Assembly (NCBI GenBank): GCA_046566765.1
Contig: JBKHWA010000044.1
Coordinates: 471-64,470 of the forward strand
From: Gammaproteobacteria bacterium
GTDB lineage: Bacteria; Pseudomonadota; Gammaproteobacteria; Pseudomonadales; JADFDG01
Length of the DNA stretch: 64,000 nucleotides
Direction: 5' to 3'
Shown here piece after piece: positions 27,707 through 37,666 of this stretch. Every line of letters starts with the position of its first letter. The stretch's first letter is position 1. The notes under the pieces were generated by a model that had not been told where the DNA came from, did not search any database, and saw only the letters and a list, made by a program, of their open reading frames with translations. Position numbers and translations under genes: made by a program.

Positions 27707-28621
27707 ATGCAACCGGTCACCCTCGACGCCCTGCGCGTCCTCGACGCCATCGACCGCCGCGGCAGTTTTGCCGCCGCCGCCCAGGAACTGCACCGGGTGA
27801 CCTCGGCGGTGTCCTACGCCATCCAGAAACTGGAAGAAGACATGGGCGTGGTGCTGTTCGACCGCGAAGGCCATCGCGCGAAGCTCACGCCCACCGGCCG
27901 GCTGGTACTCGAGCGCGGCCGCGAATTGCTGGCCGCCGCCGAGCGCCTCGCGCTGGAGGCGCGCGAACTGCACGACGGCTGGGAAACGGAACTGCGCATC
28001 GCCTGCGACAACGTGCAGGACATCAGCGTGCTGTTCCCGCTGGTGGCGGAATTCCACCGCGAACGGCCCGCCACCAGCGTGCGCCTGATCGACGAGGTGC
28101 TCGGCGGCGCCTGGGAAGCGCTGGAAACCGATCGCGCCGACATCGTCATCGCCGGCAACGTCGCCAGCTCACCGCCGGCCGGGATCCGCACCGAGTCGCT
28201 GGGGCAACTGCGTTTCCTGATGGCCTGCGCACCGGACCATCCCGCCGCCGGCGAGCCGGCGCCGCTCGACGAGGAGACGCTGCGCAAGTACCCGGTGATC
28301 GCGGTGGCCGACTCCTCGCGGGTGCGGCCACCGTTCACTGTCGGCCTGCTGGCACGGCAGACCACCATCACCGTCAGCACCTTTCACGCGAAGGAGCAGG
28401 CACTCATGGCCGGACTGGGCATCGGCACGCTGCCGGAAAACCGCCTGCGGCCGCTGGTCGACGGCGGCCAGCTGGTGGGACTGCGCACCGCGGTGCTGCG
28501 CGAGCCGGGCCACTTTGTCATGGCCTGGAAGGCGACCGGCGGCGGCCGGGCCCGGCGCTGGTTCCTGCACCGCATGGCCGATGCCTGGCGCGCGGCGGCA
28601 CAGGTGGAGCCCGCCGCCTGA
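27707..28621 (+). CDS. LysR family transcriptional regulator
   Basis: ORF 27653..28621 trimmed to MQPVTLDALRVLDAIDRRGSFAAAAQELHRVTSAVSYAIQKLE (ATG 27707). Classic LysR HTH, divergent from the pirin-DoxX-nitroreductase genes. Confidence 0.9.
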   Translation: MQPVTLDALRVLDAIDRRGSFAAAAQELHRVTSAVSYAIQKLEEDMGVVLFDREGHRAKLTPTGRLVLERGRELLAAAERLALEARELHDGWETELRIACDNVQDISVLFPLVAEFHRERPATSVRLIDEVLGGAWEALETDRADIVIAGNVASSPPAGIRTESLGQLRFLMACAPDHPAAGEPAPLDEETLRKYPVIAVADSSRVRPPFTVGLLARQTTITVSTFHAKEQALMAGLGIGTLPENRLRPLVDGGQLVGLRTAVLREPGHFVMAWKATGGGRARRWFLHRMADAWRAAAQVEPAA

Positions 28622-28765
28622 GCCGGGACGCACAAAACCTGACAAACAATGTGACCAGCGCGTCATTGCGGCGCCTTGAGGCGCTCGCCGGGCGCCACGT
28701 ATAGTCGCCAGAGCCGTCGGTCCGCCGTGCCCGGCAACCGCGACAAGAATAAAAATGGAGCCCTC

Positions 28766-30055
28766 ATGGCCGCATCTCCACCCCGGCACGCCCTCTTCCC
28801 TGCTGCACTGCTCGCCACCCTCTCCGCCCTGCTCGTGATCGCTGCGCCGGCGCACGCCGCCGGCCCGGCCGAGGTGCGCCCGACGTTGTCGGTCAAACCG
28901 TCCCTCAACACCGAGGAAGTCGGCGAGGGCGAGGCCGAGTTCGACGAGATCGAGGCGCTCAAGGCCAAGGCTGCGAAGGAGGGCGACCGGGAACAGTCGA
29001 AGGAAGACCAGATCGCGGTCGACCAGCGCATCTTCAACAAGACCTGGAACAAGGTGCCTTTCGGTTCGCAGGCCTTCGACTACACGCCGGAACAGATCAA
29101 GGAAATGTGGCCGCAACTCATGGATGGCTTGCGCGTTCCCTACCCGTCCCCGGAGTACCTGAAGACCCGCTTTGAGCGGTTCCCGGTTTTCCGGGAAAGC
29201 TATCCGGACTTCGACGGCGATTACGAAAAGTACTCGCGCGACGTGCTCAACGTGTGGCGGCTGTTCTTCCGCGGCGACTTCCAGCAGGCGATGGTGGAAG
29301 GCGAAAAATACGGTGTCCCCAGCCAGATCCCCGGCAAGGTTTCCCAGCTGATCTACGCGGTCTACCTGGAGCCCAACCTCGAGGACAAGCACCAGTTGCT
29401 GCAGGACGTGTCCAATCGGGTGCGCGAGTATGGCTCGTCGCTCGACTCGATGCGCAAGGACAAGCAGTTCCAGGGCGACTACGTGATCATCCGCATCGGC
29501 TACGCCTACGCCATCGGCCGCATTGCCGAGGACGTGCCGATCGCCACCGCGATCACCCGCAACTACGTGTTCAAGCTGCTCGACGCTGCCAACGACGTGC
29601 TGGACCTGCAGCCGAACAACCCGCTCGGCCTGGCCTTCCGCGCCGGCATCGATGCCAACGTCGTCCGCAAGGTCGGCAAGGCGACCGGCCGCATCACCTT
29701 CGGGGCCAAGCAGACCGATGTCACCAACTACTTCGAGCGCGCACTGAACACGGTGCCGAACATGGCGATCATCCGCTATGAAAAGGCCAACGCCATGCTC
29801 TACATGAACAAGAAGCGGGAAATCGAGGCAGCCATCGCTGAACTGAAGAAGGCTTCCACCACCAAGCCACGCTTCTCGATGGAAGCGCTGGATGCCATGT
29901 ATGCCGCCAAGCGCATGCGCGAAGTGGAAGCTCTGGCCAAGTGGCCGGGCAGCTTCCGCTCGTTCGAGCGCAAGCGGCTGCGCCACCAGAAGGCGAGCAA
30001 CCAGAACCTGTACTGCGTGCTGCCGAAGGTCTGCCCGCCCTATATCGTCGAGTAA
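28766..30055 (+). CDS. secreted hypothetical protein, paralog A of an unrecognised ~430-aa family
   Basis: ORF 28676..30055 trimmed to MAASPPRHALFPAALLATLSALLVIAAPAHA (ATG 28766, GGAG at 28757-28760). Mostly helical. The C-terminus ends NLYCVLPKVCPPYIVE. A clear paralog lies at 30856..32145. Confidence 0.75.
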   Translation: MAASPPRHALFPAALLATLSALLVIAAPAHAAGPAEVRPTLSVKPSLNTEEVGEGEAEFDEIEALKAKAAKEGDREQSKEDQIAVDQRIFNKTWNKVPFGSQAFDYTPEQIKEMWPQLMDGLRVPYPSPEYLKTRFERFPVFRESYPDFDGDYEKYSRDVLNVWRLFFRGDFQQAMVEGEKYGVPSQIPGKVSQLIYAVYLEPNLEDKHQLLQDVSNRVREYGSSLDSMRKDKQFQGDYVIIRIGYAYAIGRIAEDVPIATAITRNYVFKLLDAANDVLDLQPNNPLGLAFRAGIDANVVRKVGKATGRITFGAKQTDVTNYFERALNTVPNMAIIRYEKANAMLYMNKKREIEAAIAELKKASTTKPRFSMEALDAMYAAKRMREVEALAKWPGSFRSFERKRLRHQKASNQNLYCVLPKVCPPYIVE

Positions 30056-30143
30056 ACCGGCGCACCGGGCGGCCGGGACGCCGTAAACTGCCGGGCCTGC
30101 CGCACGCGCCGTGCGGCAGCATCGCCCCGGACAGGATTCCCGC

Positions 30144-30740
30144 ATGACCAGCACCTTCCTCGCCCGCCTTGCCCGCCTGCGCTGGATCGAGCGCTGGGGG
30201 CTCAAGCGCAACATCACCCGCGAGAACGTCGTCGAGCACAGCTGGGAAGTCGCCGTGCTCGCCCACCTGCTGGCCAACATCCGCAACGCGCAGTTCGGCG
30301 GCGACATCGATGCCAACGCGGTGGCCGCGGCCGCGCTGTACCACGACGCCAGCGAAGTACTCACCGGCGACATGCCCTCGCCGGTGAAATACCACTCGCC
30401 GGAAATCACCCGCGCCTACAAGGCAATCGAACACCAGGCACAGACGGAACTCTGGCAGTTGCTACCGGCGCCGCTGCGCGAACGTTACCGCCCGTTGTTG
30501 CTGGACGAGTCGATGCCGCCGGCACACCACGAACTGATCAAGGCCGCCGACCTGCTGTCGGCGCTGCTCAAGTGCCGGCACGAGATGCGCGCCGGAAACC
30601 GCGAGTTCGAGACCGCGCAGGCCGACATCTCGCTCAAGGCCGAGCGGCTGGCGGCGACGATGCCGGAGGTCCGCTATTTCCTCGACCACTTCGAGCCGGC
30701 CTTCGACATGACGCTGGACGAACTGCTGGCGAAACGCTGA
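30144..30740 (+). CDS. yfbR: HD-domain 5'-deoxynucleotidase (YfbR-like)
   Basis: ORF 30111..30740 trimmed to MTSTFLARLARLRWIERWGL (ATG 30144). ENVVEHSWEVAVLAHLL and LYHDASEVLTGDMPSPVK supply the H...HD...D metal ligands typical of YfbR. Confidence 0.85.
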   Translation: MTSTFLARLARLRWIERWGLKRNITRENVVEHSWEVAVLAHLLANIRNAQFGGDIDANAVAAAALYHDASEVLTGDMPSPVKYHSPEITRAYKAIEHQAQTELWQLLPAPLRERYRPLLLDESMPPAHHELIKAADLLSALLKCRHEMRAGNREFETAQADISLKAERLAATMPEVRYFLDHFEPAFDMTLDELLAKR

Positions 30741-30855
30741 GCCACGTCAAGGCCGGCACCCCGGCCGGCAATGAACGCTTGACAGCACCCTGCCGCGGCG
30801 CGAAAACGTCGGCTGACCGCACAGTCACCGCGGTTTCGCCCACGCCCCGGACAGG

Positions 30856-32145
30856 ATGCCGCCCATGCCCCGCCCCGCCCGCCCGTTGCTGTTCCCGTTG
30901 CTCTGCGCATGGCTCTGCGCGTTGCCGCTCACCCCGGTACCGGCCGCTGCCGCCGACGTCCCGGTCGACGCCACCGACACCCGCGCCGAGGAGGAACAGT
31001 TCGACGCGGTGAAGACCTTCCTCAAGAGCGAGCAGGACATCGAGGCGCTGCGCAAGGAAGCCGCCGCCGAGGGCGACTGGAAACTGTCCGACGACGCCGA
31101 CATACCGGTAAAGGAACTGGTATTCCGCAAGAAGTGGCACCGGGCACCGTTCGGCACCACCGCCTTCGACATGACGCCGCAGGAAATCCGCGACAACTGG
31201 GACACGCTGATGCGGGTAATGCGGGTGCCATACCCGTCGGCGGAATACCTGCGGGTCCGCCACAAGCAGTTCCCCACCATCGTCAACGTCGGCAAGGACT
31301 TCGACGGCGACTACGAAAAACTGTCGGCGCAGGTGGTCAATGTCTGGCGCCTGTTCTTCCGCGGCGACTACCAGGCCGCGATGGCGGCCGGCGACGAGCT
31401 CGGTGCCGTCGGCCAGATGGCCGGCAAGCTGGCGCAGATGATGTACGCCATCTACCTGGAGCCGGACCTCGAGCACAAGCACATGCTGCTGCAGGACACC
31501 ATCAACGTGATCCGCAAGCACGGCCAGACGCTGGACGCGATGCGCAAGGACCCGCGCTTCTACAACGACTTCATCTCCATCCGCTGCGCCTACGCGCTGG
31601 CCATCGGCCGCATGGCGGAGGACGTGCCGATCCCGGTGGCGATCGGCCGCAACTACGTGTTCAAGTTGCTGAGCGTGACCGACGATGCGCGCCAGTTCGC
31701 GCCGATGCACCCGCTGGGCCTCACCTTCCGCGCCGGCATCGATGCCAACGTGGTGCGCAAGCTGGGCAAGGCCACCGGGCGTGTGACCTTCGGTGCCAAG
31801 CCGGTAAACGTCGAGGAACTGTACCGGCGGGCGCTGGAAATCGTCCCCGACTCGGCGGTGATCCGCTACGAGTACGCCAACAGCTACCTGTACCTGAACA
31901 AGAAGAAGGAGATCGACCGCGCGCTGGAGGAGCTGGCGATCGCCGCCCGCCAGAAGCCGCGCTTCTCGATGGAGGCACTGGACGCGATGTACGCCGCCAA
32001 GCGGCGCCGGGAAGTGGAGGCGCTGGCGCAGTGGAAGGGCACCTTCCGCTCGTTCGAGCGCAAACGGCTGGCGCACCAGAAGAAAGCCAACAACAACCTG
32101 TATTGCGTGCTGCCGAAGGACTGCCCGCCGTTCATCATCAAGTAG
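30856..32145 (+). CDS. secreted hypothetical protein, paralog B of the same unrecognised family
   Basis: 429 aa with a signal peptide (LLFPLLCAWLCALPLTPVPAAA). Long blocks are shared with paralog A (FDGDYEK, VWRLFFRGD, LEPxLExKH, RNYVFKLL, FRAGIDANVVRK, KPRFSMEALDAMYAAKR, FRSFERKRL, NLYCVLPKxCPP). The start could be 30856 or 30865. Confidence 0.75.
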   Translation: MPPMPRPARPLLFPLLCAWLCALPLTPVPAAAADVPVDATDTRAEEEQFDAVKTFLKSEQDIEALRKEAAAEGDWKLSDDADIPVKELVFRKKWHRAPFGTTAFDMTPQEIRDNWDTLMRVMRVPYPSAEYLRVRHKQFPTIVNVGKDFDGDYEKLSAQVVNVWRLFFRGDYQAAMAAGDELGAVGQMAGKLAQMMYAIYLEPDLEHKHMLLQDTINVIRKHGQTLDAMRKDPRFYNDFISIRCAYALAIGRMAEDVPIPVAIGRNYVFKLLSVTDDARQFAPMHPLGLTFRAGIDANVVRKLGKATGRVTFGAKPVNVEELYRRALEIVPDSAVIRYEYANSYLYLNKKKEIDRALEELAIAARQKPRFSMEALDAMYAAKRRREVEALAQWKGTFRSFERKRLAHQKKANNNLYCVLPKDCPPFIIK

Positions 32146-32233
32146 GTTGCCTTCGGGCCCGGGCCGCGCACGGGGTTCCGGTCACCGGCGCCAGCCGCGA
32201 CCCGTCCGCATCAGCGCTGCCCGCCGCAGCGCG

Positions 32234-32803
32234 TCAGGCACGCAGCCGCGCCTGGCCGTGCGGCGAGAACTGCGCGCGCAGGAATTCCATCTGGTCGCCG
32301 AGGATGCGGCGGCTGTTCACCAGCGCCAGGTATTCGGCCATGTTCGGCGTATAGGGCAACGCCAGCAGTTCCAGCCCGCATTGCTCCGGCGTGCGGCTGC
32401 CCTTGAACTGGTTGCAGCGCCGGCAGGCGGTCACCACGTTGAGCCAGGTGTCGCGGCCACCGCGCGAGCGCGGCTGGATGTGGTCGCGGGTGAGGTCGCG
32501 GTCGTGGAACTGGTTGCCGCAGTACAGGCAGATGTTCTGGTCGCGGCGGAACAGCGAGGTGTTGGTCAGCGGCGGCGTGCTGCGATACGGCGCCGCCAGC
32601 CGTCCCTCGCAGGCGATGATGCTGTGCACCTCGATCAGCGACTGCCGGCTGGTGGTGCGCGAGTAACCACCGTGGATGCGGTAGACCACGTCGCCGAGCG
32701 TCCAGCCGATGATGTCGCGCGCATAGAGGCAGACGGCCTGTTCCCAGTCGAGCCACTCGACCGGTTGCCCTGCCATGTCGACCCTCAGGATCCGCGCGGC
32801 CAT
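32234..32803 (-). CDS. HNH endonuclease family protein
   Basis: ORF 32234..32848 trimmed to MAARILRVDMAGQPVEWL (ATG at 32803). HNH/zinc motif CLYCGNQFHDRDLTRDHIQPRSRGGRDTWLNVVTACRRCN. Confidence 0.8.
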   Translation of the reverse strand: MAARILRVDMAGQPVEWLDWEQAVCLYARDIIGWTLGDVVYRIHGGYSRTTSRQSLIEVHSIIACEGRLAAPYRSTPPLTNTSLFRRDQNICLYCGNQFHDRDLTRDHIQPRSRGGRDTWLNVVTACRRCNQFKGSRTPEQCGLELLALPYTPNMAEYLALVNSRRILGDQMEFLRAQFSPHGQARLRA

Positions 32804-32955
32804 CGCCTCCCCGCTCCGTAGATGCTGTGCAAAAAACAGCCCGAGCATACCCGTCGCCGCCAGCGCCTGCCAACGACCTGGCCGTGGCGCGGGCGTGACT
32901 CGTCCGTCAGCGATCCGGCAGGTACGCTAGCCGCAAACCCGTACCGGTCGATCCC

Positions 32956-34098
32956 ATGCGCCCACCCGTCAAACGCACCAAGAGACTGCTGGCCACCAGC
33001 CGCCGCTACCTGCGCAACGCCGTCACCCGGCGCACCAACCCGCGGGCATTCCAGAAAAACGACCTGACGCCGCATGGCGAGATCCTGCGCGAAGGGTTGC
33101 TGGCGGTGCGCCACTATCCGCGCCTGCACACGCCGGCGATCGTCACCGAGGGCGACCAGGTCCCCGTCAGCAACCTCCGCCACCGGCTGCCGCTGGTGCT
33201 GGTGCCGCCGCTGGGCGTGCATGCCTGGGTATTCGACCTGCTGCGCGAGCGCAGCATGGTGCGCTACTTCCTGGCGCGCGGCTTCGAGGTCTACGTGATC
33301 GACTGGGGCGCGCCCGGCGCCGAAGACTACGACATCTCGCTCGACACCTACGTCAACCGCTGGTTCCCGCGCGCACTCGCCGCCATCCGCAAGCACAGCG
33401 GCCAGCAGGAACTGTCGCTGCTCGGTTACTGCATGGGCGGCCTGCTGTCGCTGCTGTACCTCGCCACCGGCCGCGACACCGACGTGCGCAACCTTGCCAC
33501 CATCGCCAGCCCGATCGACATCCACGCCGGCAGCGCCGGCGGCCGCATGCTGGGCATTCTCAGCAAACCGGCGATGGCACTGCACAACCGCTTCGGCGTG
33601 CGACTGGACGTCTTCGCCGACCGCAACCGCTTCCACCTGCCCGGCTGGATGGTGTCGCTGGCATTCCGCGCGATCAACCCGCCGGGCAGCGTGCGCGCCT
33701 ACATCGACATGGTGCGCAACCTCGCCGACACCGAGTACGTCACCGAGTACATGAGCATGGCGCAGTGGTTCACCGACACCCCGGACTATCCCGGCGGCGT
33801 GGTGCAGGACATCGCCGAGAAATTCGCGATCGCCAACCGCATGGCCGAGGGCAAGATGATGATCGGCGATGCCGACATCGACTTCCGGCGCGTGCGCGTC
33901 AACCTGTTCGCCGTCGCCGGCGACACCGACCGCATCGTGCGGCTGGAGTCGGCGCGCCACATCCTCGACGTGGTCGGCAGCGAGGAAAAGACGTTCATCG
34001 TCGGGCCCGGCGGCCATGCCGGCGTATTTGCCGGCGGCCGCGCGCCGGCGGAAGTGTGGCGACCGATCGCCGACTGGCTGGGCCAGCGTTCCGGCTAG
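32956..34098 (+). CDS. alpha/beta hydrolase with PHA-synthase-like Cys nucleophile box (class III/IV PhaC-like)
   Basis: 380 aa. Lipase-box variant LLGYCMGGLL (G-x-C-x-G-G as in PhaC). Downstream candidates for the catalytic Asp and His are GDTDRIV and GPGGHAGVF. Confidence 0.7.
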   Translation: MRPPVKRTKRLLATSRRYLRNAVTRRTNPRAFQKNDLTPHGEILREGLLAVRHYPRLHTPAIVTEGDQVPVSNLRHRLPLVLVPPLGVHAWVFDLLRERSMVRYFLARGFEVYVIDWGAPGAEDYDISLDTYVNRWFPRALAAIRKHSGQQELSLLGYCMGGLLSLLYLATGRDTDVRNLATIASPIDIHAGSAGGRMLGILSKPAMALHNRFGVRLDVFADRNRFHLPGWMVSLAFRAINPPGSVRAYIDMVRNLADTEYVTEYMSMAQWFTDTPDYPGGVVQDIAEKFAIANRMAEGKMMIGDADIDFRRVRVNLFAVAGDTDRIVRLESARHILDVVGSEEKTFIVGPGGHAGVFAGGRAPAEVWRPIADWLGQRSG

Positions 34099-36453
34099 TC
34101 AGTTCGCCCCGGCGGCGAAGATCCGCGCCAGCAGCGCATCGAGGTCCGCCGCGCGCACCGGCTTCGGCAGGTGGGCGTTCATGCCGGCGGCCAGGCATTG
34201 CTCGCGGTGCTCGCTCAGCGCGTCGGCAGTCACCGCGATCACCGGCAACGGGCGGCGGCGCTTCGCAGCTTCGTCGGCGCGCAGCCGGCGCGTCACTTCC
34301 AGCCCGTCGATGCCCGGCAGGTTGCGATCCATGAACACCGCGTCGTAATCGCGGGCGGCGATGTAGCGCAACGCGTCCTCGCCGCTGGCCACCAGGTCCA
34401 CCTCGAGGCCACAGCGCTCGAGCAGCCCGCGCATCACCAGCTGGTTGACGGCGTTGTCCTCGCACACCAGCACGCGGCGACCGCGCCACTGCCGGATCGA
34501 TGCTGCCGCCGCCAGGTCCTCGCCGGGCAACTGCACCGCGTCCAGCGGCAACGACACGGTAAAGGTGCTGCCCTCGCCAACGCGGCTCGCCACCGAGATG
34601 TCGCCACCCATCAACCGCGCGAGATCGCGGGCGATGGTCAATCCGAGGCCGGTGCCGCCGCGCCCGCTCGCACCGCGGCCACCCACCTGGTGGAAACTCT
34701 CGAACACCGCGCCCAGCTGGTCCGCCGGGATGCCGATGCCGGTATCGCTCACCTGCAGCAGCAGGCAGCGGCCGTCCGGCGACGACTGTGCACGCAGCCG
34801 CACCGAGCCGCGGTCGGTGAACTTGATCGCGTTGCCGAGCAGGTTGAGCAGCAACTGCCGCAACCGCACCGGGTCGGCGCGGATCGCGGTCGGCAGGTCA
34901 TCGCCGTACTGCAACACAAGTTCGAGGTCGCGCTGCGTTGCCACGCCACGGAAGGTATCGACCACCCCGGCCAGCAGCGGCCGCAATGCCACCGGCTGCA
35001 GGCGCAGCTCCACCCGGCCGGCCTCCAGCCGCGCGGTATCGAGCACGTCGTCGATCACGGTGATCAGCGAGTCGGCCGACTCCTGCACCGTGCGCAGCAT
35101 CCGCTGCTGCTCGCTGTCCAGCGGCGTGTCACGCAGCAACTCGACCAGCCCGACCACCCCGTTCATCGGCGTGCGGATCTCGTGGCTCATGTGCGCCAGG
35201 AACTGCGACTTCGCCTCGGCGCGCGCCTGCGCCATCGCCGCATCGCGCAGCGCCGCATCGCGTTCCAGGTTGACGCCACGGATGCGGTGCGCCAGCGCGA
35301 ACGACATCAGGATCACTTCCGCCACCTGCCCCAGTTTCACCGCATTCAGCGCCAGCCCGGTGGGCGGCAACACGCCGTGGTTGGCGAGGATGGTGACGGC
35401 GACGCCCACCAGCGTCGCGCCCCAGGCGATGTTGTAGAACAGCGCCGGCCGGTGGCCCTGCAGCGCCGCGAGGATGCCGGCCAGCACCACCACCGGGATG
35501 GTCACCAGCGCCAGGAAGTCGACGAACATCACCAGCGCGCGGCCATACCAGGCCGCGGTGGCCAGCAGGCCGATGGCGTAGACCACGAGCAGGCCACGCA
35601 GCACCCGGTGCAGGCGCGGCAGCCGTTGCTTCGTGCCGAGGAAGATCATCGCGAACCAGATGGTCGCCGCGCCGGCGGCGTACACCGCGAACGGGTAGGC
35701 GCGGTGCTTGAGCCAGACGTTGTCGCCCAGCGCGAGGTAATGCCAGCCGTCGACGGTGAGCACGCAGGTGAAGATCGCGAGGATGGCGGTGCAATAAGCG
35801 AGGTAGCTGCGGTCGCGGATGCTGAAGAACAGGAACAGGTTGTAGACGAACAGCGTGCCCACCACCGCACCGTAAAGCACCAGCAGCAGGTGCTCCTGCT
35901 CGCGCCAGCCGGCGAACGACAGCGGCGTGTCGACCCGCACCGGCACCACCATCGACGACTGCGACCAGACGCGCAGGAAGAACGTCGACTGCTCGCCGGG
36001 CTGCAGCGTGACCGGGAACACCGCCTGCGGGAACGCTTCCTGCCGGTTGGCCGCCGGCGCCATCCGGCCCTGCGGCGGCCAGGCATGCACCGCATCGCCG
36101 TCGACGCGGAACAACTGCACGTCGTCCAGCGTCGGCTCGGCGACGACGATGCGCCACTCACCCGGCCGGTCGCTGTCATTGGCCAACTCGAAACGCTGCC
36201 ACCAGGCCGCGTCGGAAAAGCCGGGCGCCAGCGGCGCCGAATCCGCCGGCGCGAACTGCCCGGCCGCAGCGGCCCGGCGCGCCTCGTCGATGGTCATGGT
36301 GCCGCCGAGATCCTGCAGCCAGGCCAGGCCGGCGGCGGGCAGTTCCGGGGATTCCTGCAGTGTCGACAGCGCCACCGGCTGCGCCGCCGCCGGCCCGCCC
36401 GCCAGGGCGAGCAGGAGCAGGAGCAGCCATCCATCCATGCGCAGCGTCGTCAT
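34099..36453 (-). CDS. hybrid sensor histidine kinase with 7TMR-DISM-type periplasmic and 7-TM input, HisKA, HATPase and receiver domains
   Basis: 784 aa. Signal peptide, a periplasmic domain of about 170 aa and seven TM helices. H-box [16 protein letters not shown]-boxes DTGIGI and GTGLGL, and a C-terminal REC ([11 protein letters not shown]...[14 protein letters not shown]). Confidence 0.9.
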   Translation of the reverse strand: MTTLRMDGWLLLLLLALAGGPAAAQPVALSTLQESPELPAAGLAWLQDLGGTMTIDEARRAAAAGQFAPADSAPLAPGFSDAAWWQRFELANDSDRPGEWRIVVAEPTLDDVQLFRVDGDAVHAWPPQGRMAPAANRQEAFPQAVFPVTLQPGEQSTFFLRVWSQSSMVVPVRVDTPLSFAGWREQEHLLLVLYGAVVGTLFVYNLFLFFSIRDRSYLAYCTAILAIFTCVLTVDGWHYLALGDNVWLKHRAYPFAVYAAGAATIWFAMIFLGTKQRLPRLHRVLRGLLVVYAIGLLATAAWYGRALVMFVDFLALVTIPVVVLAGILAALQGHRPALFYNIAWGATLVGVAVTILANHGVLPPTGLALNAVKLGQVAEVILMSFALAHRIRGVNLERDAALRDAAMAQARAEAKSQFLAHMSHEIRTPMNGVVGLVELLRDTPLDSEQQRMLRTVQESADSLITVIDDVLDTARLEAGRVELRLQPVALRPLLAGVVDTFRGVATQRDLELVLQYGDDLPTAIRADPVRLRQLLLNLLGNAIKFTDRGSVRLRAQSSPDGRCLLLQVSDTGIGIPADQLGAVFESFHQVGGRGASGRGGTGLGLTIARDLARLMGGDISVASRVGEGSTFTVSLPLDAVQLPGEDLAAAASIRQWRGRRVLVCEDNAVNQLVMRGLLERCGLEVDLVASGEDALRYIAARDYDAVFMDRNLPGIDGLEVTRRLRADEAAKRRRPLPVIAVTADALSEHREQCLAAGMNAHLPKPVRAADLDALLARIFAAGAN

Positions 36454-36661
36454 TGCCCGCTCCCCCGGCGCCGACGGGGCATCGACGGCCGGGCAACTTT
36501 TACAGGGATCCGGAGTCCGACTATACGCGGCACCACCCGGGCCGGCGGCCGCCGCCGGGCGGGACAGGGGCCGTGCTATCGTTCAGCCCCCGCGGGCCGT
36601 GCGCTGCCCGCGAGAGCGCCGCATCCCGCGAACAACAATACGTACACCGGAGGCTCCACCC

Positions 36662-37666
36662 ATGCGCCTGTTTGCCGCCACCCTCACTGCCCTGGCCCTC
36701 ATCGCCGGCTCGTCGACGGCCTCGGCCGCGATGGTCAAGCGCTCGGTCTGCGTATTCGACATCGTCGGCTCGCACGGCGACCTGTTCAACGCCATGAAGG
36801 ACTACCGCATCGAGGCGATGAAATGGGGTGTCGACCTCGAACTCCGCCCGTACACCAACGAGAAGATCGCCGCCGAGGATTTCAAGGCCGGCCAGTGCGA
36901 TGCCACCAACCTCACCGGCCTGCGCGCCCGCACCTTCATCCCGTTCGCCGGCACCATCGACTCGGTCGGCAGCGTGCCGAGCGTCGATCACATGCGACTG
37001 CTGATGCAGGCGGTAATCACCCCGACCTACGCTCCGAAGCTCAAGAGCGGCCCGTTCGAGGTCGCCGGCATCGCGCCGCTGGGCTCGGCCTACATCTTCA
37101 CCCGCGACCGCACCGTCAACAGCCTGACCAAGGCCTCCGGCAAGCGCGTGGCGGTACTCGACTACGACAAGTCGCAGGCGCAACTGGTCGCGCAGATGGG
37201 CGCCTCGCCGGTGCCGTCGGACATCACCAACTTCGCCGGCAAGTTCAACAACGGATCGGTCGACATCATCGCCGCGCCGCTGGCCGCCTTCAAACCGCTC
37301 GAGTTGTGGAAAGGACTGGAACCGAAGGGCGGCATCATCAATTACCCGTTCCTGTTCCTGACCGTGCAGTTCCTGGTGCGCGAGGACAAGTTCACGCCGG
37401 AGTTCAAGCAGAAGTCGCGTGAATACTTCTACGCCAACTTCGACAAGATCCTGGCCGCGCTGGACAAGGCCGCGATGGAAGTGCCGAAAAAGTACTACGT
37501 CGAGATCCCGGCCGCCGACAAGGCGCAGTACGAGACGATGATGCGCGAAGCACGCATCCAGCTGCGCACCGACGGCTATTACAACGGCGAGATGCTGACC
37601 CTGCTGCGCAAGGTTCGCTGCCGGATGGACAAGTCGCGCGGCGAGTGCTCCGACCAGCTTGAGTAA
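36662..37666 (+). CDS. periplasmic putative solute-binding protein, paralog 1 (AdeT1/2-like family as far as I recall)
   Basis: In ORF 35927..37666, start at ATG 36662 (GGAGG upstream). Signal peptide ALIAGSSTASA. Conserved blocks are shared with the genes at 42225 and 43401 (CVFDI.G, EDFKAGQCDA, FAGKFNNGSVDII.APLAA.KPLEL.KGLEP, LLRKVRC..D..R.EC). Confidence 0.8.
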   Translation: MRLFAATLTALALIAGSSTASAAMVKRSVCVFDIVGSHGDLFNAMKDYRIEAMKWGVDLELRPYTNEKIAAEDFKAGQCDATNLTGLRARTFIPFAGTIDSVGSVPSVDHMRLLMQAVITPTYAPKLKSGPFEVAGIAPLGSAYIFTRDRTVNSLTKASGKRVAVLDYDKSQAQLVAQMGASPVPSDITNFAGKFNNGSVDIIAAPLAAFKPLELWKGLEPKGGIINYPFLFLTVQFLVREDKFTPEFKQKSREYFYANFDKILAALDKAAMEVPKKYYVEIPAADKAQYETMMREARIQLRTDGYYNGEMLTLLRKVRCRMDKSRGECSDQLE

